64,000 nucleotides of DNA. Source: Leptogorgia sarmentosa. Its lineage: Eukaryota. The DNA lies in NCBI GenBank assembly GCA_964658305.1, contig OZ210885.1, forward strand, positions 9,052,001 through 9,116,000, written 5' to 3'. Positions 1 through 13,700 of this stretch are shown here, piece by piece (positions within the stretch are counted from its first letter, which is position 1; every line of letters starts with the position of its first letter). Both the position numbers and the translations under genes were made by a program. The notes under the pieces are model-generated. The model saw nothing but the letters and a program-made list of their open reading frames with translations. It had not been told where the DNA came from and did not search any database.

Positions 1-720
1 TGGTAAATGGGATTTTATGCGCGAGGTTTTGATGTTATTAAGTATAACTAAACGAAATTTTACTTTAATGATTGCTATTCTTCGAAAAAGTATAGAATTT
101 ATAATTACCAATTCATATTTTATTTGTGCTGTTTTTCACCTGGCAATACAGGTTCTTCAAGATTGGGCGAGATATTCAACTCAGCCCGAGATTGTCCTGA
201 TGTTGTTGATAAATTAGCTGGAACAAAAGATGGATCTTGCTGGATCCTTCGGAAAAACCCACAAGGTACAAGCTGATGCTTCCGAAGCTGAAATCTACAT
301 AATGAATGTTGCAAATAGTTTTTAAAATTATTTTAATCAGGTTTGGTGTTATATTCATACAGACCAAGGTTGATTAATTTGTGTTAGTTGGAATGAAGAA
401 TAGTCCAGTAAGTTCGACAGTCCCATCCGATTCGTCCCCGATTGTCCCACAAGGACCGCCACACTGGTCAAGTTGGGCGATATCACAGATCTTGATTTTA
501 GAGTCCAGGTCTCAACAAACAAAAGTTTTGATGGCACAAGATCAGGCTGGTAAGAATACACAAACTAATAATTTCTTGTTAACCATGCGCAAAGTCAGCA
601 CCGAGCTCGTCTTTTGTACCGACAGTGCACGTAGTGCGAGTTATAACAGGAAAATGATTATCTCATACGAACATATGATTGAAACTTTAACACTTTCTAT
701 CATATCAGCAACTTTCCAAT

Positions 721-1175
721 AAAGGAATACCGAATGGTTTTCCGTGCAGGATTGCGTCATCCATGCACGTGGGATGTGGCGACTTTTGGAAAGCGTAAAA
801 AATCACGAGCCGCAGGCGAGTCACTTTCCGAAACTCAAGCCACATCCCAAGTGTATGGATAACGCTATCCTGCACGGGAAAATCATTTGGTAATTGTTTT
901 ATAAAATAACTCAGTGAAACAATGGAAAACGTTAATTTCTTTTCCATAAATACGAAAACCCTTGTTTGTTGTTTTCGATAGCAATTTGTGTTAGTGTCAA
1001 ATTTTCGTATTTTACTTTAATTTATTGCCGACATTTTAAAAATCCCGTGACTCGTGAGCATTATGCTCGTGAGTAAGCATTCAGAATTTTCCAAGCAGGA
1101 TACTGTGCAGGATTGTCTGATCCTGCAGGACTATTGACCAATCAAATTGCGTGGTTCACTGTAGTTATTATGTAA
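721..1175. mobile_element. Non-autonomous element with terminal hairpin and offset inverted repeats
   Basis: Hairpin at ~730-892; 899-920 is an imperfect inverted match to 1154-1175; ccaatca motif before the right end. Confidence 0.6.
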
Positions 1176-1316
1176 CAGCCTTTCACGCCCGAAAACAATT
1201 TACTCGATAAGCGTGGTGACGTTATAACATGCTCAATAAGAGCAGAACTGAGTCATTAGACACTCGAAATATTTTCTTGTTAACAGAGATAACTTTTCCC
1301 ATATCAAGATCCCTTA

Positions 1317-1495
1317 AGGCCCGTGCACACGAGCGAGTTTTTGCTGGGATTTTCTCCTTCTGATGGATGTGAACGAGTGGATTAACAAGGAATGTGCTGA
1401 GTGCGTGCTTTCTCACCTGAACATTTGTGACTGATCTACTCGTTCACATCCGTCAAAAGGAGAAAATCGCACTAGAAATCGCAGCGAAATCGCTC
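1317..1495. mobile_element. Truncated Harbinger-like palindromic MITE
   Basis: ttaaggcccgtgcacacg start; arms gattttctccttctgatggatgtgaacgagt / actcgttcacatccgtcaaaaggagaaaatc. Confidence 0.55.
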
Positions 1496-2291
1496 CGGCC
1501 TTTGGTCTGCAAACAAACTTATAAGGATCGATGGTCCAATGTTGTATCTGTAAAACAATGCTGATATGAAAAGATTTTAGAAAATACGACTAAGAGATAA
1601 TGACGTCTGAAGTTCAGTAAGGTTTGCTGATAATGCTGTAAATGTGACGACCATTTGCAAACATCATTGGTAATTTTACTTTTATTGACAAATGTTCTAT
1701 AATAATTTGATATTGTAAACCAGCAAATACAACTAAAAATCTACACTAAAGTTGAAACAAAATCATTTTCAAATATACAGTTGCCTCTTATATTAATTAG
1801 GCGAATTGCTAAACATTTCCAGATATGTTCACTGTTTAACTTATTCAGTGATACTATCTTATACGTTTACTATACTGTCACTGAGAATTAAGAGAAAATT
1901 CTTAGCATGACGTTTTCTCGATAATTATTTACAGCATGGACTGAATAAAAATGTTTGTAATAAGACAGGTGAATTCAAAACACGCAGAGTGCCACTGAAA
2001 TATTTTCCCTTCCACCCTATTTCTCCTCCCGGACAAGTATTTTTGAAATACTGACAGTAGGGATATTGAATAATGAATGAGGTAAAATGTATTAAACATT
2101 GAAGTAGAAATAATCAATCTCCATGTCAGAAAATATGATCGTGAAGCCTGCGCCTATTATCAAATTAATGACTTTCAAAAATTTCCAATGAAATTTACCG
2201 ATTTTCCTACAAACTGATATTGTCCCATACACCATGCAACAAGTCAACTAGCGCTTTCAATATCATATTTCGCTTCGAATTTCACAACTAA

Positions 2292-2523
2292 AGGCTGCAT
2301 TCCAGTTACCCGTTTTAACACGTACATGTACGTACGTAAATGTCTAAATCTCTCTATATTTTATTTTATTAATAAAATACCTTTAGAAACACATACTACA
2401 TCATTCAGAGTATGAGATACTTTACATGTATTCATGTGATTGCATAGAAACTAACGTTGAAATCAATTTCACTAATTATTACACGTACGTACGTACGAAA
2501 AACGCGTAACTGGAAAACAGCCG
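2292..2523. mobile_element. PIF/Harbinger-like MITE
   Basis: Imperfect TIR ggctgcattccagttac / gtaactggaaaacagcc; TAA flanks. Confidence 0.7.
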
Positions 2524-2705
2524 TAAGATTTACTGTGAAAATTGCATCTTAAGTATCAGTTAAGAACGACCCACACTTGAGATCGCTGATAATTTGGAAC
2601 ATGGTGAAAAATCAAGTACCTACTGACCAAGCATGAGGTGTGCACGGTAAATATCAAACCGAGGCCAATGTCAAGGCATCAAAACTGAGGTTTGAAAGTT
2701 AACCA

Positions 2706-3296
2706 CACTGTTATTTTAGGGGAGTTATTTTAACTCCCCTTTAGTGGAGTTAAATTCCCTAACCCCAAATGTGGTGTTAAAATAACTCTCTTTTTGGTGT
2801 TACAATATTTTGGCATATAATTATCATGAAAAATTAACTCCCTTTAGGGGGGTTAGCCGAAGTAACCCTTTTTCTGGAGTTAAAATAACCCCGGTATATT
2901 TCTGTATCCAAACTTCGCAATTTTAGTGAATTTATGATGTTTTTTCCCGCTTTGCTAATGAAATTTGTCAATTCAAAAATTTGTCTAAGGGGAGAAGGTC
3001 CATTAAGCTTAAAAGTAACTCCAAAAGAGGAGTTAAATTTTAACTCCAGAAAGGGAGTTAAATTTACTGTAACTCCAAAAGTGGTGCTATTTTAACACCA
3101 CTTTTGGAGTTATATTTTAACTCCACAAAGGGTGTTACATTTTTAACTCCAAATATTGGGTTAAAATAACTCCAAAACAGGAGTTAATTTTAACACCAAA
3201 AGTGGTGTTAAGTGTAACACTAAAAAGGGTGCTATTCTGAACCTTTTTATTTGACACCGTTTTTGGAGTTAAAATAACTCCCCTAAAATAACAGTG
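2706..3296. mobile_element. CACTA/EnSpm-like non-autonomous element
   Basis: About 30-bp perfect TIR CACTGTTATTTTAGGGGAGTTATTTTAACTCC; 2-bp TSD CA; many internal ttaactcc/ggagttaa subterminal repeats. Confidence 0.8.
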
Positions 3297-4419
3297 CATG
3301 CAGACGAAACAGTCCAAGTCAACGAAAAGACGAAGTCTGCCTATTTTCGTACGGCACTGACACTCAATTTTTTGCACTATCTTTCTTTTCACGTAGATTC
3401 TGTATTAAGGAAATTTGAAAAAATGCGAGATGTTGGAACAGGCGGGATGCATTATATTTTGCCAAAGGTACGTGACGAAATCTGAGCTAATCACATGTGC
3501 CAAATACTTTATCAAGGGTGTCTATCCTGTGGGGTTCCAGATTTTTTTGCTTGGGGGGACGACTATACAACTGTCCCCCACTGTTTACCATCTCTCGTTT
3601 TCTTTTACTTGTGACAATAGTAATTATAAAAGTTATACAGCAATATAATACTTAATGTTAGCGATCTTTGATTCGTACACCTAAATGTCCTCATCAAAGA
3701 GGTAGAGTTAAGGTTCTGAAATGGAAGTTTCCGGCGATCTCGAGCTTTTAAATGTTCACAATTTTCTGATTTGGCGCAAACCATGGTGACGCCTTGTGAG
3801 AAGTTGGGTCCTTACAACTAGGTTGAAAATGTTCCTATACTCTTCCTGGAGTACTTGCAGGAAAGTACTTGAAAGAAGGATGCAGAAACGTTTTCAACTC
3901 CAAAAAAATCAAAACCCACACCCCAAGTTTGGGAATGTATTGTCGTCCTTTTACACACTGTGCCTATTACGTAGTAATTTCACAGCAACATTCAAATATT
4001 TTTCACTATCTCTACTTTTGAAATTCCCGAACTACCTGGTAAAAATTGTCATAGTCGAATATTAGTGTACAGGGTGTCCCAAAAAGCCCCAAAACCTTTG
4101 AAATTAGTGCATTGTTTCAATTTGAATGCCCCAGCAATAACCTAACACCAAAGCTAAGCTAATTTTGCAAGCCATTATTGCAGTCTATTCAAAATTTGGT
4201 TTTAATCAAGTATATCAGTCTCAATTTCTTAATTACTTTTTACGAATTTTTTCGAGTTCAAATTGAAAGGGCTTTCAAATTCCAACAATGCGTTAATTTC
4301 AATGGTTTTGGTTTTTGAGTCATTATTTTACTTTATATATATTTTAGAGTATTTTGTCATAGCAAGAAATATTGATATTGTTACTCCACATATCCTTGTT
4401 TCCACGTTTAATATTCATT

Positions 4420-4778
4420 TCAGACAATGTTGCAATTCCTCTTAAGTCTTCGACCTTTTGGTTGCAGTTGTTTTGAATGCGAGGATAACTTATTAAGACG
4501 AAGGAAGCAGACCCGACCTCCTTTCAGGCCAACACAAACCATTCCATTTGAGCCACATGCGATGGCTAAAACATCCCGGTCGAAATGAAACTCTTCAACA
4601 CACTCTCCATTTGGTAGGTTCCACAGTTTCAGCGACTTATCACCATAACCCGAGCACGACAACAGAAATTCTCCTTCAGGCGCTAATGCCAACGCTCTGA
4701 TACGTTCAGCATTTTGAATTGGAAATCTGTGGAGAACCTTTCCAGTTCTGAAGTTCTCAATCACCAAAGAATCACGAC
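4420..4778 (-). CDS. Coding exon 16 (terminal): WD40 repeats and stop
   Basis: IRALALAPEGEFLLSCSGYGDKSLKLWN; TGA at 4420-4422. Confidence 0.9.
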
Positions 4779-7700
4779 CTAAAAGTGTGATTTAAAATTT
4801 TTAAATCTGTTAAGGCAATGTTACGTGAGGCAATTTTTGCGATAAAGTTTGAATTGATTGCCATGTCTTATATTTATAGTGGCTGTTACGAACGAAAGAT
4901 TTTGATCGCATTTCATACCCAATGTTCTTCTTTCCCAAGGCAATTTTGGGTACAACGTGAGACGTATTTTAATTTGGATTTACAGCCATTTTATCCAACC
5001 GGCATTTCACGTGAATCAATTTTTGCCATCACTTGCCCGCACAAATTCCTAATTTCTATTAAAAGCAAAAAGCGCCTGTGGGGGAGGTAGGGTCCTGAGG
5101 TCACGTTATATAAGTTGCTGTCTCAGAAATTGTTCACGTAGACCGCTACTCGCTTTTCACAATTCTTTAAATAACATACTAATTAGGAAATATTAGCAGT
5201 GTAAAATATTAGCAGGGACATATCTGCACAAATTTCCAGCGAGTCTCATCTAAATAACACAGCTTTAAATCGGACGTTTGGTGACATGCAGCCAAAACTG
5301 CTTGATCTATCAGGTCCTAGCTTAGCGGTGGGGGAATTGGTGACCGATACAACCTATGACGCGTTATAGCCCGCAATCTACATTCATTTTCAGATCTTAG
5401 ACAATACAGGGTGTATCAAAAAAAAGTTTACTGATGAAAAACATTCTCTAAACTAACGAGCGCTCAAAATTTCCAAAAACTTCCGGCTAGCATGGGTAGT
5501 TTAACACCCTCTGGTATATCTAGCACTAAGTTTATTTTAAAAACAAACTTTTTTAGAATGAGAAATGTGGTTACTGAAAGGCCAATTAAAAATGGCTTGC
5601 GCGGAAAAAATAGGTTTTCTTCACACAATTTGATTTAATCCGATGAAAATATGGAGTATGATATACAAGCTATTCAAGTTTTGAGAAATTTGGTGCACGC
5701 TGAGACGAACGTGCGATGTCCAAAAGCTGGATTTTGCGTTCTTTCCTGCGTGATCTCCGATTAATTTATGCATAATTAGATATTTGCATTAATTACCAAT
5801 GCAAATTGCAAGCTAATTCCCAAAGGTCCGTAATTACGCGAAGAAATTGCGGTAAATCCACTTTTCGGACATCGCACGTTCGTCTCAGCGTGCACCAAAT
5901 TTCTCAAAACTTGAATAGCTTGTATATCATACTCCATATTTTCATCCGATTAAATCAAATTGTGTGAAGAAAACTTATTTTTTCCGCGCAAGCCGTTTTT
6001 AATTGGCCTTTCAGTAACCACATTCCCCATTCTAAAAAAGTTTGTTTTTAAAATAAACTTAGTGCTAGATATACCAGAGAATGTTAAACTACCCATGCTA
6101 ACCGAAAGATTTTGGAAATTTTGAGCGCTTGTTAGTTTAAAGAATGTTTTCCATCAGTAAACTTTTTTTTGATACACCCTGTATAGACACAGTAACCTGC
6201 GATTTACGTGCACAAATTTCTCAGCAAGTTTCGTGTAAATGACACAGCTTTAAATCAGACGTTTCTTTGCAAGGGGCGGTGTACACTGTCTGTCGTAGTA
6301 TCCAGGGGCAGAGTTTCTGGGGGACGGGGTGCGGGGAAATTGTTCACTCCTTCAAAAAAATTGCCATCTCCTGTCCCGCCCACAATGTCAATGTACCAAC
6401 AATAAAGTAGCTATAAAATTAACATGTTTCTACGCTTTTTTGCGGCAAATTAACATAGAAAATCAAACACACAAAAATATTTTATTGATGTTCGATCGAC
6501 ACCCTCACTCACACCCTTGCATCTCTCAGTGAAAAACATGAAAATCCGGCCTTGGTAATAAGGGTGACCGATGCAGCCGACACAAAATTAAAAACCTATG
6601 CAGACTAAACTGGGTAATGCTCAAACTTTCCCCGCGAATAATTGGCAGATAACATAGTTTCACGTCTAACGGGAGGTGAGGTGTTACCGTGAGATTACGT
6701 CTACGCGGTTGAAAGCGGGCTGTCATCGACTGTGCTTCTTGTTAAGACAGGTTTATTGATGTAACATAAAAGGTCTTGATCAACTGTGTTAATTTTTTTT
6801 CGTAACTTTTGATGATTTCGTCACAGAACTCGCCGATGGCTTATATTATATTCGCATATTTTATGCTTCGAAAGGCTTTTAATTGCAATAATCTTGCGTA
6901 CAGTAGCTTGACGTCGCGTGCTTTGTTGCATGAATCTTAGGCGGAAATTTTGCTGGCAGCGCTAGAGACAGAGCAAATTTCGTTTCTAGTTAATATGATG
7001 TTTCTTTGATAACGACCGAAGGAATTAAGCGAACGAATAGGTGAGCTAGAAAAATCGTTGTCATACCGCGAATAAAATTTTGGACCTTCGTTTTGTATTA
7101 TATGTATGTTCAGGCAGTTTCCACAACTGTAACATGCTGCACTGTTTTTGTTTTACAACTCTTGATGAATTTGAGTAGAATTTCCAACAGGCCTATAAAG
7201 CTAATAGTGAGGCTAAGATACCCAGGTTCCGGTTTACGGGTACGGCTGCATTTCCCGTTCCAGTACCCGTAAACCGGAACCGGGGATCGTCACCTCTCAA
7301 ATAACCACAGCTGGCCCAGCCTGCTCGCGCCCGCCTGAAAATTACTAAAAATAATAGGATGGAGACATTGCGACCAGACGAGGCACTCTCTCCTCCGCAG
7401 AGGCTTTTTATTACTTTTTATTATCTTTATTAGCTACTGTTTATTATTAGTGCATGTGCGCTAGATCGTAAGGGCATAGCATAGACGAAAAAGCGGAAAA
7501 TGAAGGAAAATGAAGAAAAAAGTGGAAACGCGGAGCAAAAGCGAGGGAAAAGAGGGAAAAGCTTCAGCTACATTTGGTTCGATTTCTGGGACAAAAGCTC
7601 GAAAAGTTGTACATCCTAATTTTTTTATTGCATTCCGAAGTTTTTTCTTCAGAGCGAAAAATTTGGCGATACTTATTCAACCAATGATGTGATTTAACCG

Positions 7701-10700
7701 TTTAGTTATCATTTGTTGTTGTTCCTGTCGCAAAAATATGCAAATATGGATGACGATTCGAATCACGACGTTGACGTATTGAATGAATCCCAACATAATT
7801 TACCTTTGGAAGGTAAACTATTATTTTTTGCTCTCTTTTGTCCTCACGTCTCGAATGTGTTAAATTTATATCATTTCACTCCTTCTCGAGAAAAGCAACT
7901 GGGATTGTTGTTTTCGCACTTAGGGCAGCATACGCAACCATCTCGAAGCGCAAACAAATACTGTCTTTCGGGATTTATACTGTGAAGAGAGACTCCAGCT
8001 TCGGCTGTTGCTGTAGCCATATTTCGCTATTCGTAGATTAGCAGCACTGTGTTAGCAGTTTACTTATATCCCCCAATTTTTTTTCTTTATGCGCCCCCCC
8101 CCGGATGGACGCCATATTTTGAACCAAATGTAGCAGAGGCTTTTCATCCGCGTTTCCACTTTTTTCTTCATTTTCCTTCGTTTTCCGCCATGCCCTTACG
8201 ATCTAGCGCACATGCACTAATAATAAACAGTAATAAAAAGCCTCTGCGGAGGAGAGAGGACGAGGCATATGTCACACAAACCATCCTCGATTTTTCGCAT
8301 TTAAACGTATCTCTTTCCAAATTAATCGATATTCCGAGCAAGAAGTATCCCGTGTAACTACCAAAATAATGATGCTTTTATCAAATAGCGTAAATTCGTT
8401 CTAAAATTATCGAAGGAATGACAAAATTCGGCAAATATATATCGGCGTATCCGCTTTGCTGTGCGATAAACCGGACGTCGTTGAGCTACTCATTGAGTTC
8501 AAACCTGATAGGGCCGCGAATATTTAACAGTTATTCTGCGAACTCAAGTCGTATATGCTGTTTCGGCAATTTCAGAATCATTTCAGAATCTTATTAAAAT
8601 AAATATGCACAATATACCTTCCTTTAGAACTTACTTAAGATTTCGTTGAAATCCAGCATAAAATTAGGACAATATACTCATTTAAATTGTTAGCTACTGT
8701 ACACGTTCGTTATATTTATAGTTCACAAATCGCAATGATTGCGGCCGAAACGCCGGAAGTAAAATGTGCATGTCTAAAACATCAAAGGCTGCGACGTCAA
8801 ATTATCCATAAAGTTACACCGATGTACCCATTTATCAAGAAGCCGCCACTTTGCGACACCGTCGACGACAAAAGACACGGAGATGTTAAGACTCCGCTGG
8901 GTGGCTACGCCTACGCGGGCGGAGTGAAAAGGTTTCATTAAGTGCAAGTTTGACTTTGCTTGCTGTAATCTTAGAGGTCACTGGTATTAAATGGCCTCAA
9001 GTCTCGCCCGGTGACACTTTGCATCAGTGTAGCGATAAATAATTTAATAACACAACATCGTCACGACCCTTTATTACGCGTTTGGTGGAGTTATCGTGGG
9101 CGTTGCAGTTTACGACGACAATTCAATTTGTGCAGTAGCAGCGGCAACAAGTTCCCGCACAGAATGTTGAAGATTAAGGGCCGATAACATGGAGCATTTT
9201 CAACCCCGGGGTTTAAGTGAACCCTGTTGACAGGGGTTGAAAATGCCTGCACGTGAATGTTTTTTTTCTATAGTTTTCCAATGTTATTCACTGGAACCCT
9301 TCAGCTAATACTCGATGAATTACGCGATCACACCTTGTGCAATTGAGATTAGAAAATAAAATAATAACAATGAAATTATTTACCTAATATAGCCACAAGG
9401 TTGTCAGAATTGTTAATCCTTAAAACTTTCTCCACTTCCTCTGTATACCAAGAAGTGCTGCTTTCTTCCTCGGTGTTGTTCAAGTTCCACTTTGTGATTC
9501 CCCCTTTAGCTTCAGTAATAAATTCCTTCTTATGAGCACAAAAAAGAGAGTTGTGGACCACGCGAATTGTTTGGATTCTCCCCAAGAAGAGGTATTCGTA
9601 ACTATGCACGACTCCATTTTTATTTACCCGATCAATCTGTCAAAATTATCAAAAAACTGCTCAATATAACGTCCTTCCATAAAATATTTTCGCTCCAATT
9701 CACAAAACGTTATTCAGTTATAAATAGTTGTTATTATGTATTTCGAATTCGTGATTCCGATTCGGAAGCGTAATTTTCAGAATCGAAATTCTTGAATTTG
9801 TTTTACATAATATAGGTATTTTAAATGAATGAAGGCAAGGGGGTAAATCATGAAGAGGGGGGGGGAGGGGGGAGGGGATGAAACACGTGACCTACTTTTT
9901 CGGCTGAGGGGATGGATGTGTTATCCCCTCACTTTTTAACAGTAAATTCACGGACAATCTATCAAGTAAACTGTCCTTTATATGTGTAAACCTAAATGAA
10001 GTGTTGCGTTTCGTAATTACAATGCAAATGTAAATTTCATCATTCACGTTTATTAGAACAATTCTTGCTAAATTACTGCAATATGCGCGGAAAACGAGTG
10101 CAATTTTGCCAAACACGAGTGCAATTTTTCATGAATACTTTGCGAGCAAATGTAATTTACTAATAGCGTCAGTTGTATATCACACAGTTACACAGTGCGC
10201 AAAGTCAAACAAAAATCAAGACTAGGGATCCAAGGATAGTGCAAAGTTTCTAAGGCCCGTTTCATACGTCGAATTTTGGTCGCATCGAATGCAATTCAAA
10301 CAATGGATAATGAAGTTAGAAGTCATCTCATTATTCATTGTTTGAATTGCATTCGATGCGTCCAAAATTCCACGTTTAAAACGGGCCTAAGAGGACAATA
10401 AAATCATATTTTGAAAATAATCACTATTTTATTGTCAGAAAGCAACTGGCAGTCGCAGCAGCGCGCGTGTTAAAAGCAAATCAGATAAATCTCTGACCTC
10501 TGACCTTTATAAAATACATACACATTACACATCGTACAGATACTCCTGCGTCGTAATAAAATATCCAGTTTATTCACAGTATCAGGCCAACGTTAAATTT
10601 ACTTTTGTATGCCTGTATATGGTTTAGTTCTTTTAGTATCGAAAATTCTGTAAATCCCCGGTAGAAACAAACAACCGCGAGGCCGGAAGACGGGAAGAGT

Positions 10701-13700
10701 CGAAGACGGCGAAAACAAACACGAAAGCTATAAATGCGAAAGCTCGCAAATATGTTGGCTATGACAACCATATTAACTAAATACGATACAAAATTATGGC
10801 TATCTTGTTATGACGAGTTCTACTGTGCTACACATCTGAGTTTGCCCGCTATTTGCGAATTGCGATGGCAATGTCGGCCAATTAAATGTTTTAATATAAT
10901 ACGCACGGCGGCAGCCTAACAGTAGCTATTTTAAATTGTGCATGACGAGCCAAATACAAGTTTTTACTAATAATGATAATAAATTCAAATCTCTAGATTC
11001 ATGCTTTATCAACGTATTCAGACATGTTGGCCACATTATATTATCATCATAGTGAATTACTGATTCACGGTCCCACTCTTAGCGTCCGCCATATTGTGTA
11101 ATTTCATTCCCCAGAATTGTGCTGAGTTGCAAATTTTGCAAAAACTTAAATTCCGGAGGGGCTTCCGCCATTGTGTACTGTATTTGTGCGCTTCTTTGAT
11201 CACATTTCTCATCTAACTAACTTTCGAATCGATGAGAACAACTGCAAATAATGATGAGCAATGATATATAACTGCAATCGAATCATTTTTGTTCAAACAT
11301 TCCAAGGATATCACTCATATCAGTCAACTGCGGAGTTTCGCATACCAGAAGAATTTGGGACGCTCCCCCCGGAGTTTACACTATGAATGAATCGCTGAAT
11401 AGCTGAATCGCTGATGTGAATTTTCGCCCCTCATCACAATACTGCAAAGTTAAACTTTGCACTAAAAACCAAAAATGTTAACGTTGTTTTACAAGGTTGT
11501 TTTTCCAATTTTTAACGTGGGGCCAATCAGCGTAATTGTCTAAAATCAATACGAACATGAAAATCAAATCTATTCACAATGTTGATGTCTATTATGCCCT
11601 AAAGTTGCTACGCATGCAATGAAGGTTACAAGTAAACAATGAAGCAGATTCGTTAATTAATATCATTCGCATCATCATCAAATAAGATACACGCATGAGG
11701 ACTCTGACAATACTAAATCTTGAATTTAGTCTTTTCCCAACCTTGCATGTTATACTATATTAAGACCACAATACCTATACATCTACACTCTACCTTCTAT
11801 TTAGGCTTATCAGGAATCAAACAGACAAATAACTTAAATTGACATTACATTCATCAGAAAATAAACATTTTCAGTCCATGCCATGGAGCAAAATTGGAAT
11901 TCATAATTGAATTTATGACTTCTGGTGGGCAAGATATTTTGGATGATTCACTGTCATTCATTTTTACTTGCGCCATCCGTTGTTCTAGAAAACTTTATAT
12001 CCATAACCATAATCAAAAGCTCTTTCTTGTATTCATTTAAGCGTGTCTTCTCTTCATAGGGACTTTTGAGAATTGGATTGCGTATTTTCCGTTGTAATTT
12101 AGGCAAACATCCGAAAAAGGAAACAGCGGAAAAGTTTTCGGACATCTCTCTGGCATATATCAGCGTGCACCAAATTTCTCGAAGCTCGATATTATAACCT
12201 ATTCTCCGTATATTGACCCGATTAAATCAAATCGCATCAATTATCTTCGTTTTTTTTTGTGAGAGCCATTTTTAATTAACGTGCCTTATATTTTAAAATA
12301 AATTGGGTTCCAGATGTACCAAAAATCGAAAACTACGGCGCATAAAACATGCAGCTAAATTATTAAAATCTTTACATAAAGAAGGGGGATTAAACTTAAA
12401 ATTGAGCAGTGGCCACTAGCGAAGACCCTCGACAGAACGAATGGCGCAGTGATAACGCCAAAATCCGTCAATATGTTTTTAGCTCATGTTACACCAATAT
12501 TGCGTGCTAACTAGCGGTTACCATCGCAAGGAAGGTGCTGCCGGTGTGCCCAAACTTTAAAATCCCGGGCGGGTTATAGAATGCCCGTCCACTTTTGAAA
12601 CAGTGACTTGTTATCATGATATGATGATACGAAATCAAAATAATCACGCAATGTAATGTATCCGAGTTTTTAAAAAGCCTGGGCAAGATAAATTTTTTCG
12701 CACTACGATGACACGAAGTGAAATGTGATATACCCGAGTATTCAGAAAGCACGCGTAAGTGAAAATTATTACCGACAGTGGCGTAGACAAGGGGGGGCAC
12801 GGGGGGCTCAGCCCCCCCCCCCCAATAGGCCTAAGGACTGCGCCGTAAAAAGATGAAATCCGGGTAGAAATTAGGGGGGGGGGGCGATGACTACCCATGT
12901 GACTACCAATCTCAATCCAAACATTTTCACAAATCTCACCCCAGAAACAGGCTAAATCGCCATTGCGGGACTCCAGATCTCAAAATTTTCCCGGGTGAGA
13001 ATCCCCCTGGACCCCCTTAGATGGCATCGCGCCTTCCGAGTTTGCTTCGCCCCCCCCCCCCAAAAATGAAGGTCTGGCTATCTGGCTACGCCACCGATTA
13101 CCGATTAAGTTTACCAGGTTTATATCTCGTTTTTTAATCGCAAGCTCAACTAATAATAAAAAATGCGATTCAGTGCGCACATTTTGTTTATGTCCCGTTC
13201 TTTAAAAAGCAACAGCACGCTAGTTACTTAGGGTGAAGGTTTACTGTTAGGGTTAATGTTTACTATACTATTAGTAATAGTATGTTATACAAATAATGAA
13301 TGTTTATGAGTGCAATGGTAAGAATATTTGCCGAGTTGAATGGAACATTCCATTTTTCACCGAATGAAAACATTCTTACCATTGCACGAAATGAACATTC
13401 ATTATTTGTTTTACATGACACCAAAATAAATCATTGACCGGAAATACCCGACATTTTGTTTTGTTAGTTCACTAAATAAAATTCCATCGTTACATGGTCT
13501 CGCGCCACGTTCATGGATTCGCCTTTAAATGCGTGCGAAAATAACATTTTGAGTGATTGAAAATAATTAAAACCACTGTGCAATGGAAAGAAATATTTGC
13601 ACGGTTCCATCGCACGATCATGAAAATGGAATTTCTATTTTATATCATCGTAGGTGATTAATTGTTAAGTAGGAAACAACCTTTGCGAATAGAATCGAGC

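Noticed and set aside
8891..8925. GC-rich hairpin actccgc...gcggagt as an HDV-like ribozyme
   Set aside because: P1.1, P2 and the catalytic-strand elements could not be found.
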